Positions 10,449-24,400 of a stretch of DNA of 41,238 bases are shown one piece after another; within the stretch, counting starts at the first letter, position 1, and the number at the start of each line of letters is the position of its first letter. The notes under the pieces were generated by a model. The model worked only from the letters and a program-made list of their open reading frames with translations. It searched no databases and was not told the DNA's origin. The position numbers and the translations under genes were made by a program. This stretch comes from Hyphochytrium catenoides (lineage: Eukaryota > Protista > Hyphochytriomycota), in contig FLMG01001571.1 in assembly GCA_900088475.1 (NCBI GenBank), positions 1 to 41,238 on the forward strand. The letters run 5' to 3'.

Positions 10449-11930
10449 ATGAAAGCCCCGCAGTTGTATCTCTACAGTTTGACTGTAATCACTTCCATTC
10501 TCATCAGCACAGCGGTAGCAGCGGCGATATTCGTCTCCTACAGGGAGAACGGAAGCAAACGGAGCTCTCCGAAGAGAATCCGGAGGAGGACAGCTGGTCG
10601 CATCCTCCTCTTCGGAAACTCGAACTTCATAGGCAGTCATGCTGTGCTGTCTCTGTTAGACGAAGGCTTTGAAGTTCTCTCAGCTGACAACCAAAGCCCG
10701 TGGAATGTCTTCATTGTGAGGAGACAGAAGCAAATTAGTGGAAAGCCGGAGCTTCTCTCTTTCGTGGAGATAGATAGGACAGACATGGAAGGAGTCGAGG
10801 AGATCTTTGCGCTGCAAGACGTAAAATATGACACAGTTATCTATTGCATCGACAATCAAGCTAATGAGGGTGAAGGTATGTTGCTCACTGCTCTACTACA
10901 TACCCTTGGTGTTTGCATGTCACTCTCCCTGCTCTTCACCTCTCCTTCCCTAGTAGAGCCTTCAGTTACTCTCTTGTCTCTCTTCCAAGACCGGCCAGTG
11001 CTAGAGCTAGGTGGCGCTAAGCGGCTGTGTTGGTGTTACCTCGTACTGTTCCAGGGAGCCAGAACAAGACAGAGTGCTATTCTCGGCCTATCCTCTCTCT
11101 CCTCCTGGTTCTCCAATGTATGGAAAGATTTGGTTGCAAGCAATTAGTTCTTTCTTATCAAGCAACACAAGGGTCTCGCCTAGAGGCTACCACCCTCAAC
11201 AGCGGTGCATGCGATCCTATTGCTCTTTCGCTTTCTGTTATAGAGAGCCTACTGAGGGACTATCACCTCCTATTTGGGTGGAAGATTGCGCTTGTCCGCC
11301 ATTGCTCCGTATCAGGTGCCCATCCGAGTGGGCTTCTGGGTTATCTACCTCGTCAACCAGCTCCAAGGGTTGTAGAGAAAGGAGAAACAGACATCCGACA
11401 CGTCAACTTGGGGAATGCGAAAGATGAGGTTGTCCATGTAATGGACGTTGCCGAGACCATTGTTCAAGCAGTGGAAAGGCTAAAAAAAGCGGAAGGACCC
11501 CTACTCGCGCTGTACGAATATGACGTGGGCTCATTTTGCTCAAAGGAAAGTCTGACTTTAGGAGGTAAGGAACGCTCTCCTTCTTCTCCAAGGTGAACTG
11601 CTCTCCAGTCTCATCAGTAGCCCCATCCATTACCTCTTCATCGCTTTGGTGGTAGCATCGCTTGGGTTGTGTCTAGCATTTCTCTTGTCTACACTAGACC
11701 GTTACTGAGCTCATCCCTCAATAGGCCCTCAAAGTGCAAACCCTTATCGAAAGAACAGAGAAAGCCTGTCAGTTCCCTCTTCAAGGGGTCATGCAGAAAC
11801 CTCTATCAAGGTGGAGACTTTGAAAGGTTTGATTCGTCGATCGGCAGACGAAGTAGCTGATGATCTGCACCGCTGGCTGTGTTCTGAGGTCGAAGGAGCG
11901 CATGGTCCACTGACCGACTTGGTCTCGTGA
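10449..11930 (+). CDS. N-terminally membrane-anchored, catalytically degenerate UDP-glucose 4-epimerase (GalE)-like extended SDR; 3 exons (10449-10875, 11055-11565, 11725-11930)
   Basis: ILLFGNSNFIGSHAVLSLLDEGFEVLSADN resembles the GalE N-terminus. MERFGCKQLV, WKIALVRH...GAHPSGLLG, VHVMDVAE and DDLHRW follow the GalE order. Hydrophobic segment LYLYSLTVITSILISTAVAAAIFVSY. Confidence 0.75.
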
Positions 11931-12300
11931 TTGACGTGTACATGGACTCCTTTTGCTTAGAGATTTCTCATACTCTTTTCCTTTTCCTTGGCGGCCCGGA
12001 CTCTTTGTAAGCTATACTACCCTTCGTTTCACCACCAAGGACATACTATCGGTCGCATCTCTTAATGCGTCAGTAGATCGTCTGGGTAACCACCATTGCG
12101 TCATGGAAGGAATATGATTGTGGGCAAGAAGTTTGCCTTGCGGAGGCAGACCTACAAGCACCCAACTGCTTACTCTTCTACCTTTCTGCACACTGGCTCG
12201 CTTATTCAATCAAGACTTCAACGGGCCATTCAAGGCTGCACTACCAATAGAGATCATGGGGGACTAAATGTGGTAGTTAGGTATTCCTCCGATGCTGGCA

Positions 12301-14228
12301 CTAGGTAGGACTCATGCCTCCTGCGGAGTTGGGAACAGGAACGGGCACGTCGGTCTCCCCAAATTTGGAGGAAGTGTTGCTCTCTCTATATGAAGGGAAT
12401 GACGGCGGAAGGGGAGTCATCTTCCCTCCATCTTCGCTCTTTGCTATCTCCTTCTCGAAGTACAGAGGGTGCCAGGGCAGCTGGGCTCGCGGCATAACAA
12501 AGCTGGGAGAAAAAGGTATCCAAAGGCCATATCAATGGTCCCGCCATACGCACGACTCAGCATCATTTTAACGGAAAAGAAAGAGGGAATGGTGTTTACC
12601 TCATTCTCGTTTTCTGCTTCCAGAAACGGCGCCAGTTGGAGAGGACTCCATAGTCAAATGGGTTCGAAGGATCAGGAAATAATTGGCGCATCTAGGCGAT
12701 CCCCGGGGTGAAGAAGAAATGAGGAGGAGGAGACTGAGAAGTCAATAGCATTCCTTACCCGCTCATAAGTTGTGAGCCCCTTCGAGACAAGGAAGCAATG
12801 GTAAAAGAAGAGAGCGCCTGTAAAACCGCCGGCAGCTAGAGAGTAGACTATCATTACGATAGTGAGACCACGAGTTAAGGCATGTATCGACTGCAATCAT
12901 TAGAAGGTAGGAAAGAGTAAAAGCTAACGAGATCAGAGCGACGTAATCGTAAAGGATATGCTGCTGGCGAGCTTCGTAGCGTCGTCTCCGCCCACTGCAA
13001 GCCACTGTGGGAGGGAATATCTGCCTGAAAATAAATCGGATCAGCTTCCATGAGTAACAGGCAGGAGGGAACTTAGTCTGGCTCTGAGCCTATCTTCTTC
13101 GCGTCCCTGAGCCTACCTGCACCTGTTCGGCCGTCTTGGCCAGACAAAAAGCGCTAAAACTAAGGTGTAGAACTGACGTGAGCATTCCCGTTAAAAGGAA
13201 GAACACATAATGGCGATAGTTTCTCTAAGAAGAAGGAGAAAAAAGGTGTTAGCTTAGCGGGCTATTGAGGATTGTTGCTATAGAAGCCTTACTACCTTGC
13301 CGATGCACTGTCCGACCCAAGGGCAATGGTGGTCAAAGCCTTCTATACAACTATCGCATATACTGCAGTGGGCAGTACGGAGTGGGCGGAAGATAGCGCA
13401 AGTGGTGCAGTATTTCAGGGAGGTCGGCCGCCCAGAGGACATGTATGTCTGTAGTCAACAGGGGCAAGTGAGTTATGCAGCTCGTATCTCTTTAGCTGTT
13501 AGGTCACGTACGTTAGAGTTGAGGCTGCTGGCCCTGGACTTCTCCTTCTGCTCTTCTTTATTGAGATCGTCCTTCATATAGCTCCGGCGAACTAGAATCC
13601 CGGGATCAGCGAAGGCTGTAAGCTGCAGGATATGACACGGCGGACATTTATGAAGACTCAGCACCTTTATAATTGTCGGGTGTAAGTAAATAAGCGAGGA
13701 GACATTCTTTGACTTACCCAAAAGCTGCGTACGAGTAGAGCAAAGGAGACAGCGCTCACAATGGTAGAGGCATGATTGCCCAGCTCTTTCACAACGACCG
13801 GATTCCTGTGAAGTAGAGAGAATGAGAGTCAAGTATGAAGCTATTTGGTAGGGTGACGGTCATTGGGCGGCCCTACTTACACCCAAAGGAAGAAAATAAT
13901 GGCTGGTAAAAAGCAAAGGATTAGGGACCCGACGGCATTGTATGGCTCAGGGCCCGTTGCTAGCCATCCTCTGCAGAAAAACGCAGCCCTCCCGGGCCAC
14001 ACCTATACACCAGCCTGGTGTGAGAGGTTAAATTTCACTGGCTCATGTATGTGTCACCAATACCTGATAAACCAACTCTTTCTTTCCTTCTGCGCCGGTA
14101 GACGGAGGCTGGTTATGGGCGAGAGATCGGCTGCTTGGTCTGTTGGGACTGCTGTCACTGAGATCAACAGTAATCTCTGGGGCGGCCGGCTGACAGCTGA
14201 TGACTTCGGTGTCTACCTCTTTCATCAT
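12301..14228 (-). CDS. DHHC palmitoyltransferase, Erf2/ZDHHC9-14-18-like; start codon uncertain
   Basis: YQ|[66 protein letters not shown]|[18 protein letters not shown] and [11 protein letters not shown]. Confidence 0.92.
12862..12959 (-). other. U12-type (minor spliceosome) AT-AC intron, 98 nt, in the DHHC gene
   Basis: On the minus strand: 5' splice site ATATCCTTT, branch site TGCCTTAAC with branch A about 13 nt from the 3' end, terminal CTCAC. Removal gives [13 protein letters not shown] in frame; unspliced reading hits TAA. Confidence 0.9.
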
Positions 14229-15463
14229 TTTGGCCGATGACAATGTCAATCAGTTCCCTTAACACTACATCCAACTGGGGGCTTTGTGAAATGCTGGAGT
14301 ATGAGCCCTCAAACTCAGTCCTCGGATACCAACCACCGAAACATCCTGCTTCTGCTCCTCGTCGACCCGACACCTGCTGCTACTTTCAAGTCGTTTGCGA
14401 CTGAGGAGGCCTGATGGGCTGTTCAAATAGCCTTCGATACACCAGATGTCACCGCGTTCAAAGACCTCGATCCTCCTTCGCCTGTCATGGACCCTCTTGC
14501 TTCTCTCTCTCTGCTTCGCAGCTGCTGGTTGCCCGTCGCCTCCCTTCTCGGTCACTTTCCTCTTGTGTCCTCCAGCCTTCGTCAGAAAAGTCTGATGCCA
14601 TCCAAAGAACAGAACTCAACGCGAGCCAGACATGGACACACAAGCCCCAGAATTCGCATCAGGTGCTGTCCTTATCGCCGCCCCGTAACAACTTGTAACC
14701 ACCTCTAAGTCAGAGCTCCCCTCGGACTCAGAATATATTGATAATCCTTTTCTCTCTTTTGTGATAACCATCAGTACGTCCATCGGCTCCTGGGGGTGCT
14801 CTGAAGTGTTCAGGCATCCATCACCCCTGAATGGGCCGTTTTACTCTGATTTCTTCCTTAGGGACGCGAACCGTCGCGGCCCCTTCCTGCACCACCTTCC
14901 TCTGACGGACTTCCTCCTCTCTCATCTGTACTTTAACCAGTCTCTTCTACCACTCTGGCTCCTGATGCCTGTCTCCTCTGTCTTGCTGCCTCACTCTTGA
15001 CGCCATTCCTTTCTTCTTCTGTCTGTCTGTCTCCTGCACAACACGGCGGCCTTCCCTATGAACTAGATCTGGCTCTCCACCAGCCCTTCCCTTAACCTTC
15101 TTCTACCGATCTCGTCGCCTTCCCACACAGCTGATGTGGCTATGTGGGGTGCTGCTTACGTAGAAGACAGATCACCTTTAACTTTGGTCTTGTTCAGGAT
15201 CTTAGTGGCACTCTCCTTCAGCAAGCGCCGTCAACGGCGCCAAGTGCCACAAAGCCACGGGGCTACTCTCAACTCCATTGCAGCCATACAGGTGCAAGAG
15301 AGGCAAGGTCAGAAAGACCTACTATCGATCAGAGGGAAGGTACATTAGAGTTTTGGCAATCTCCGGAAGATAGTGTACACCAAGCAGGAGACTTAAAATA
15401 GGAGTGAGGAGCGGACGGGGATAGAGCAAAAAGAGAGCCCATCTCTCTTCACTTGTAGGAGCT

Positions 15464-18400
15464 ATGGCTGCCCTCCAGCCTCGCCACCGCTGGATGGCAG
15501 CCTGTATCAGCTCCACCTTTGGATCTGAAGTATCGGACAGCCAAGCGGAAGAATTCTTGCAGCACCCTGAAAATCGCAGCATAATTGATAATTTATTGGG
15601 AGGCAAGAACGATGTGCGCAAGGTCTTCGTATGCTATTGCAAGAAGGTAAGAAGAGTTGCCCAAGGACAGCGATCCTTCTGACCTTTATCTAAAAAAGCC
15701 ACCATAGCAAAGGGCGATGAGAGCAGGGAGCAAGGGCTTACCTGTTAAGCTCTCTACTAGCTGTTGTTTCCTAAGTACTATAACCTTTCCATTTTCCATA
15801 GCGATCTCTAACAATAGGCGTACAGGAGGATAACAAGTTTGGGGGCCTGCAGCTAAGTGATGGAACGACCGAGCCAATGAAAGGCAAATGCTGCTACTTT
15901 CTAAGAAACACCAACGATGAAGAACCAGTGGATGTTTCGAAGGTGAGGGTTCGCTTGCGTGATGACCGCCGCGGAGCAAGAAACCACCCACCACCTATCT
16001 GTTCAACTGCTGCCATTTTGTTCCCATCAACTGAGTTTATCCTTTCACTTGTTTGCGCGTCCCACAGCCCACAGACAATCAGGTCCTTTACGGGCAGCTA
16101 TCTGGAGAACCGCTAAAGTCGCTCGAAGTTCTCCTGTCGCACCTCTTCCAGCCTCTTTTCCTGCAGAGAGAGAACTGGGGCTTGGCAGATAAGGCACAGC
16201 AGAATGAATTCAAGGAAGAGACGAGCAAATTTACACATGAAGTGAAGGTAATCCTTTACCCGACAGTGATTATCGCTGCTACCGCGAGGGGAGATGGGCA
16301 GCGATTGTCCAGTCGAGAATCTGCCAAACCGTAGTGCCTCGTTCTTACTCCTTCATTCGAACGTTACTAGGAGGCGATTAAGTCGTTAATGGATGGCCTG
16401 CAGCTAAAAACTCCAGACCCTGCCCTGGTGACCCGCGCAGAGCAGGGTAAGCAGGGAAAGAGTCCTAGCTTTGACCCTGAAATGTGTCAAGCCTTTATGG
16501 AGACACTTGAATGCTGGTGCACCGAAATAGAAGCGTACATTGCCTCACAGGTAAAAAAGGGTGATGCGGAGATTAGTTAATCCCGCCACCATTCCTGTGT
16601 GACTAATCTGACGACATACCTTCATGTCGTGACCTCCATGAATGTAGGATGGATCTGACAACTCTCCTGACGCTGGACCACTTACCGAATTGGAATACTG
16701 GCGGCTGAGGATGCAGCGCCTCATCAGCATCACACAGCAGCTGAAGTCCAAACAATGCAAGGTTGTTCTGAACACCCTCTCTTGGTTTACGAAGCATACA
16801 GCTGACCAAGAGAGAATGAAGGTACGAAGTCACCTCCTTGTTTAGAGCCATGAATAAATGAAGAGTCCATGATAGTGCTGAAAGGAAAGAGTAACAGACT
16901 CATACACTACCTTTTCTTATCTCCTTTCCGTGTGTCCGGTACCCGTGTAGCTTACTTCCCTACTGAAGCGATGGAAGAATGTGGATGTGAGCATCACCGA
17001 GAGCGCGAACGAGGCAAAAGATAATGTCAAGTATCTATTCACGCTAGAAAAGTTCATTGAGCCCCTTTATAATGGAGATCCGAGCTCCATCATTGATAGT
17101 CTTCCGGCACTTATCAACTCTATCAAGATGATCCATACAATCGCAAGGTAACTCTTGAGCCATTTATCATCCAAGTGGTCTAGCCTTATCATGACGTTGC
17201 TTTGGCATGTCTTGTGTCGCAGATACTATAATACTCCGGAGCGGATGACAAAGCTGTTCATCAAGGTCACGAATCAGATGATCAACAATTGCAAGCAGAC
17301 CATTCAGGGGCAGGATGCCGGATCAGACTTATGGGACAAGGATCCAGAAGACCTTGTCAGAAAACTTGAGGCATGTCTCAAGCTTAACGAGGCTTATCAG
17401 GAGCAATACAGGTAGTAGTGGAGGGGTTGCAGTGGTGTCAAGTGAGGACCCTCTCGAAATGCTTAAGTCGTCGTGCGACACACTTTGTTTCTGTTCATGG
17501 TCCTAGGTATACTTTACCTTGAATGGCTTGTTTCAAGTTTCGCCCTTTCCCAACTACACTTTCTGGCTCACTTATTGTGAACTCAAAGGCTCTGTTGGCT
17601 ACCTCATTTCTCTTACACTTGGCAGTATCAAGGAGCACAGCTTCGGCTCACTTTTCCTTCTTCATACTGTTATAACGTGTCAGGCTCAATAGGGACCGTC
17701 TTCAAGCAACCCCAAGCGCTAAGCAGTTTGACTTCAACGAACCGCTCATTTTTGGGAAGTTTGACCTCTTTTGCAGGCGAATCATCAAGCTCATTGACAT
17801 GTTCACCACCATCCACCAGTTCTCGTCACTCGCCCAGCATAAACTTGAAGGTAAGAGGACCAGTCTAGCACACCTGCAATTTCTATTTCGCTGGCGGGTG
17901 CGGGTGCGCGAGGTCTGTTGGCTACCCTCATCACAGAGTTTGGATGGCTATGATCGCTTGTTCTTTGCCACTTTTGCATGCTTCCCCGCGCGCCTAGCTA
18001 ATGACGATTCTTCCTGCTATATACATAGTCTGTTTCTTGTCATGCCTGTCGCTCTAACCATTAGCACCATTTCTCACTGTCGCGGGCTTATCTTTACCGA
18101 AGGCATGGAAGACCTCATTGCCCATTTCAAGCGCATAATTTCTGAGTTCCGTGGCAAGCGTCACGATCTCCTGAACTATCATAATAACAAGTTTGACCGG
18201 GACTACGTCGAGTTTAATGTCCGCATCTCGGACCTGGAAGGCATGCTGCAACAGTTTATCAACCAGTCCTTCGAGAGTATTACCAGCATTGAACACTCGC
18301 TGAACCTCCTTCGGAAGTTCCAAACTATTCTTCACAGAGAGAACTTGAAGTCAGACTTGGATTCAAAGTTCAACGTGATATTCCAGAACTACGGACAAGA

Positions 18401-21400
18401 ACTTGAGCAGGTCCAGCTCTTGTATGAGAAGCTGAAGCACAGTCCGCCTATCCCAAGAAACCTGCCTCCGGTGGCGGGAAATATTACTTGGTCACGTCAT
18501 CTGTTGAAGAGGATCGAGGAGCCCATGAAAAAGTTCGAGAGTAATCAGAACGTACTCGCAAGCAAGGACGCAAAGAGGATCATCCGTATGTACAACAAAG
18601 TAGCGAGAACTCTGGTGGCCTTCGAATACCTCTGGTATCAAGCTTGGCTCAACTCTCTTGAGACAGCGAAAGCTGGGCTGCAAGCTACACTCATCATTCG
18701 ACATCCTGAAGATGGAAAACTCTATGTAAACTTCGATCAAGAAATCTTACAGCTGATTAGGGAGGCTAAGTGCCTCGATCGCATGGGTATCGAGATCCCT
18801 GAAAGTGCCAGGATCATTTTGATGCAAGAGGAGAAGTTCAAAACTCACTTTAATGAACTGCAGTACTCTCTTTCCGAGTACGAGAGGCTGGTGAAGAAGG
18901 TGATTCCCGTCACCGCGATGCTCCTTCGTCCACACTTTGCAGACATGGACTTCAAGCTCCGTCCCGGAATGGTGACGCTCACATGGACTAGCATGAACAT
19001 TGAGGCCTACAAGCAGCATCTACGTACTGGTCTCCAGAAGCTAGAGGAACTTGTCACCAACATAAACGACGTAGTAGAGAATCGACTAGAGAAGAACTTG
19101 AAGATAGTCTCCAAGTCCTACCTAGTCAACATGCCACAGGATCAGTCTCTCTCTCTGGAACAGTTTCTAGACCTGCAGAATCAGCACATACAGGGCTTAG
19201 GACTCACGCTGCAGGGGAAGAACCAGGAAATTGAGACAGCCGTAGAAGACGTACTGAAAATCGTTGTGGATTATCCGCTAGATCCCCACGTGGAGGGAGT
19301 AAGTGCGGAGGAAGTGCAGAAGTTGAAGAAGCACTACAACCACTTCATGTACCAGGCCCTCCTGCACTGCACCAAGAAGAGCCTGAACCAGATCAAGAAC
19401 AGAGTGGGTACCAGGAGTGGCATTGCAGGTCTACTTCTAATGGACAAGCCGATATTTGATGTGGAGCTGCAGCTTAGTGGAGCTGACATGAAGGTACTGT
19501 TAGAATAGCTGCTTCAAATTAGAGGAACAGAAACGAGAATCGTTGAGCTTCTTCTCTCTTAGGCGGATGACCAAATGTGGCTGTAAGACTCTGTCTGCCG
19601 CTCGATAGATGTGCTTTTCTTTTATTTTTTTGCCGTCATACTCTTGTTCCTCATGCATCTACACTCACGACGTAATCCTCGTGTTACCTACTACATCTCG
19701 CCTAAAGCTTTGCACATCTAAGTTTAATTATCCGCCTCTCTGTCTCTTCTCGTCCTTTCCCAAAGCTTCATCCTGCGTTGGAGGACATTCAGCAGGTCAT
19801 CAACCAAGCGGCAAAGATTGTCTTACAATGTAGCAAGAGCATTTACGACTGGGGCCAAGATAGTCTCCCAGACTCCTCCAAGAGGACGTTCTTTGACCGC
19901 ATCACGAAGGATATAGAAGTGGTCCGCGTGGTGCTCCTGCTAACCGGCAACATACAAGGACTGAAGAATAACATTGCGGAGTACACGAACACCTTCAAGA
20001 GCTACGATTGGCTTTGGAAGGACGACAAGCAGGCAGCGTACGAAGAGTTTCTGAAGACGGTGCGTTGAGTGAATCTGCCGTTCTCGCTAACTTGCCATGT
20101 GCCTTCAATCAGTACCTCTCCTTCTTCAGTCTAAGCGTTAACATTTTTCACAGGAACCGGAGCTGGATGATTTCGAAAGAGAGCTCCAGAAATTTGTGGA
20201 ACTCGAGGAAGAGATTCTCACACTCCCATCTCTTCAAAAGATTGGGCCGATCTCGCTTAACTCCTCCAGTGTTAGGGCACAATTATTGGAGCTCGCCCAG
20301 CAGTGGAAGTATCAGTATAGCAACAATTTACACCTTAGAGCCAAAGAGAGGATGAATGAACTCACTGAGTACATTCGGACGGCAGAGGTCAGTCACGAAC
20401 ATTCTCTCTTTCTTTTTCATCGCTAGAGGGCGTTTGCTTACACAATCATCTTCCTTTCATCCACCGTCCCCACTCATACTTTCACCATCTGACTGCTTTT
20501 CGAATTTATGCAGAAAAACCTGAGCCGAGATGTGAATGACCTCGTGTCTCTCCGCTTCATGATGCTTCTTCTACGAGAGATTAGACAAAAAGACAGCGGC
20601 ATCTACCTTGTCATCAACCCAATCCTACGTACATATAGTATCCTCGAGTTCTACCTCCCACAGGTCAGCCCACTATATGTTGATGACAAGGTTTTAGCGT
20701 CCAACTACGTTCATTAATTAACCGTGGTGCTAATATTCACCGACGTTATCCTAGGGCTTCATGGGAAAGGAAGAGATGGATCAAAAGAGTGTTCTTTCTT
20801 CTTCATGGAGAAAGCTGGTGCAGCACGCTGAAGCGCGAACCGAGGAACTGAGCCGGACCCAAGCTGGTTTCAAAAGGAAACTTCTTAGAGATATCAAAGA
20901 GTTTGTCGGGGATGTCAAGATGTTTAGAGCAGAGTTTTTGGCCAACGGGCCCATGGTAAAAGGTGCGCAGAAGAACTCAGATGGCGGTGGTTTCCCATCT
21001 CTGTTGGTGCCCAGCGCCAATCAATTCAACTTCGTAGCTCCTATGCGTCACTCACTACTTACTGTCCCACCTATTATCCTCAACGCCTACCGTAGGCATA
21101 CCTCCCCTTGAGGCTGTTGAGAGGCTAACTCGCTTCAAGGACGAGTTTTCCATTCGGGAAAGGAAGTTTGACCTCTATCGAACCGGTGAAGACCTCTTCG
21201 CCCTCCCTAATACCGAATATCAGGAGCTTGTACAAACCAAGAAGGAGCTTGAACTACTAGAAAAGCTCTTTGGTCTCTACACTGATGTTCTGCACACCAT
21301 TGAGGAGTGGAAAACAATTCCCTGGGTGGAGGTTGTGAGCAACATTGAGAACATGACTCAGAAGGTAGTCTTTCCTGCCCCGCCCTGTTGGATGCAAGCT

Positions 21401-24400
21401 GCGGCGTCTTACCAGTGCTATTTCCTAACGTTACTCGTGGGACTGTTCTTCCAATAGGTCGAAGAATTCTCTCAGCGGTGTCGAAAGATGCCTAATAAAC
21501 TGCGGGAATGGGAAGCGTACACGGACCTCAAGAAGATGCTCGACGACTTTTCCGTAGTTCTCCCCCTGCTTCAGGAGCTTAGTAAAGACTCAATACGCCC
21601 CAGACACTGGGAGGAAATAGAGAAGATCACTGGCAGCAAGTTGGACGTCTCTTCCCCTGATTTCAAGCTTCTCTCTCTTCTGGAAGCAAAGATTGTGAAC
21701 TTCAAAGAAGACATTGACGAAGTCACTGACAGCGCAGACAAACAGCTCAAGATAGAGATGAATCTGAAAGAAGTAGAGAAAATATGGGAGGAGAAGGAGT
21801 TTGCCTTCCTTGAATGGAAGGAGAGGAATGTCAGCGTTCTTAAAGGCTGCGCAGGAGTTCTAGAGGAACTGGAGGAAGCACAGATGAACGTACAAACGCT
21901 TCTTACCATGCGTCACATTGCTCCATTCAGGGAAGAGGCAGAGCAGCTGAAGCTGAAACTTCTAAACACTTTCGAAGCGCTCGACAAGTGGCTTAAAGTG
22001 CAGGTTCGGAGTCTGTGCTGTTTGCTCTGTCTCCTTAGGGGTTGATCTGGGTCTGTAGTGGCTGTCGGGCGCTGTAATCCTTCAGGCTTTTAACTTCACC
22101 TACTACTCATCCTTCTCGTTTTCTGCGTCAAATAACAACTCCTAAGCATCAATGGTCTATCAAATGTAGGTTTTCTGGTGCTCCCTTGAGTCAGTCTTCT
22201 CAGGCGGTGATATTGCTAAGCAGCTTCCAACTGAGGCCAAAAAATTCCAGAAGATCGACAAAGAATGGGGAAAGATTATGGGCATGGCAGTGCAGGAGAA
22301 GCAGGTCCTTGCTTGCTGCTCGCACGAGCTACTGGTCTCTGACACCATGCAGGACATGTATGAGGAACTACAGAGGTGCCAAAAGAGCCTGGAAGGCTAT
22401 CTTGAGCAGAAGAGGAATAAGTTTCCTCGTTTTTACTTTGTCTCCAACCCTTCTCTTCTACTAATTCTGTCTCAAGGATCAGGTACGCGCATACGGCTGA
22501 ATCTGGTAGGCGAAGTGGCGAAGACTAACATTCATGGGGGCGCATACTCCCTTCTTTCTTCCTTGTCCATGCCTTCTACCTACGCTGCACAGAGCCGCTC
22601 TCCATGAATGAGCATTATGAGAAAGTGTTCGACGCAATTGAGCAAGTCCAGCATGACAAGAAGGACAAGACGATTATCCTTTCTATGTTGGCGGGAATAG
22701 AGGTTGTCCCTTTCTCCAAGCCTGTCAAGGCTATAGGGAATATTGAAGATTGGCTCTCTGATCTAGCCCGGGGGATGCAAATGACCATGAAAGATATTTG
22801 CAGAAACTGCGCTGCAGATATTGCGACAGCAAGCAATGACATCAAGTCATTAAGAGGGTTTGTTGACAATTATGTGGCGCAGTTCGCACTGTTGGGTATC
22901 CAGATGATGTGGACAGCAGATGTGACAACGGCACTTGAAACCTGCAAGGTTAAAAAGAACGCAATGAAGGAGGCAAACCAGAAGTCCTTGCAGGTAACAT
23001 TGTGGATCCTCTGTTTCGAACTGTGTGCGTTACTAGTACTCTAATTGAGGGGTCCTCGTCAAACAAAGCGATAGCCGATTTTCCAGTCTCAGCACCACGT
23101 TTGCCTTGGTGGTATGGGAGTCTCCGTTCCGTCTCACTGAATACCGCGTTTCGGTCTATCTGTATACCGCCTTTCGGTTCTCGTTCAAACCTGTGACCAA
23201 GACCTCTCTCCTTCTGCTGTCAACAATCACCATAGGTTCTGTATGAGCTGTCGTCGTGGTGCCTTCAGGACCTCGGGCCGAAGCCAAACCGAACCAAGAT
23301 CGAGACATTAGTCACAATTCATGTGCATCAGAGGGACGTGCTGAACGATCTTACCGCTCTCCATAAGCAAAAGAAAATAAGCGATGCTAATGACTTTGAA
23401 TGGCTAAAGCAAGCACGCTTCTATTGGAAGGCTAACCAAGCTGATGAGCTGGGTGATGATGGTAAGTGACTTTATGCGCGGTGCCTCAAGCTGGTGCGTG
23501 TATTTATCCTTTGTGCCTCAAGCTCTTGCCCCTGCTTATTCTTTGCTTTATTGGAGGACTTCCTAGTCCGTAATGAGAAGCATCACGATGTGAAGCTCCT
23601 CAACAGTACCTTCTTTGTGCTGTCCATCGAAATTCTTTTGAATGTGTCACGAGCATGGCATGTCCTTCCTTGTTACTTGCGTTTGTCGGTCAGTCCTTTT
23701 ATTGTCCTTATCTGACCTGTGCGTCCTCGCGGTATAGCTTGTGTCATCTCAATTACGGACGTGGACTTTACCTACCAATTCGAGTACCTCGGCGCAAAGG
23801 AGCGACTAGTCATTACACCTCTTACTGATCGCTGCTATATTACTTTGGCCCAAGCTTTGGGCATGTACTTTGGTGGAGCTCCAGCTGGACCTGCAGGAAC
23901 TGGAAAAACCGAGACTGTGAAGGATCTGGGGAGGTAAGCCGGCCTTTTTAGGTAGAGTGCCAAAGACGTGAAAGGTGCAATAGCAAGATCTGCCTTTCCG
24001 CTTGTATTGCATAGCGGGGGAGGTTCACGGCTATCAGGTGGGGAGGCTAATATGTGCTCTTCCTCCTGCGCTCAAGAACACTTGGGATCTTTGTCGTCGT
24101 CACAAATTGTACGGACCAACAGAAGTATACAGACTGTGCCAAAATCTTCAAAGGCCTTTGTCAGGGTGGACTTTGGGGCTGTTTCGATGAGTTCAATAGA
24201 ATCCAGCTTCCCGTCCTTTCTGTGGTGGCACAACAGGTAGGTGTCTTACGAAGATCAATAGCCCTTTCTTATTGGCCCTTTTGACAAGCGACCTCTTGTT
24301 GGTTTCCACTTCTGCTGTGTCAAACGCAGGTTCTGGCCATCCAAAACGCTAAGAAGAGCGGCACAGAGTACTTCCAGTTCCCAGGAGATCCGCAGAACAT

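Noticed and set aside
14265-15000. Short ORFs between the DHHC and dynein starts
   Set aside because: No recognisable domain; probably UTR/promoter, though extra upstream DHHC exons cannot be excluded.
15959-16034. GTGATGA...CTGA in dynein intron 2, resembling a C/D snoRNA
   Set aside because: No terminal stem, no clear C'/D' boxes, no rRNA guide I recognise, and an unlikely host gene; a snoscan or Infernal run would settle it.
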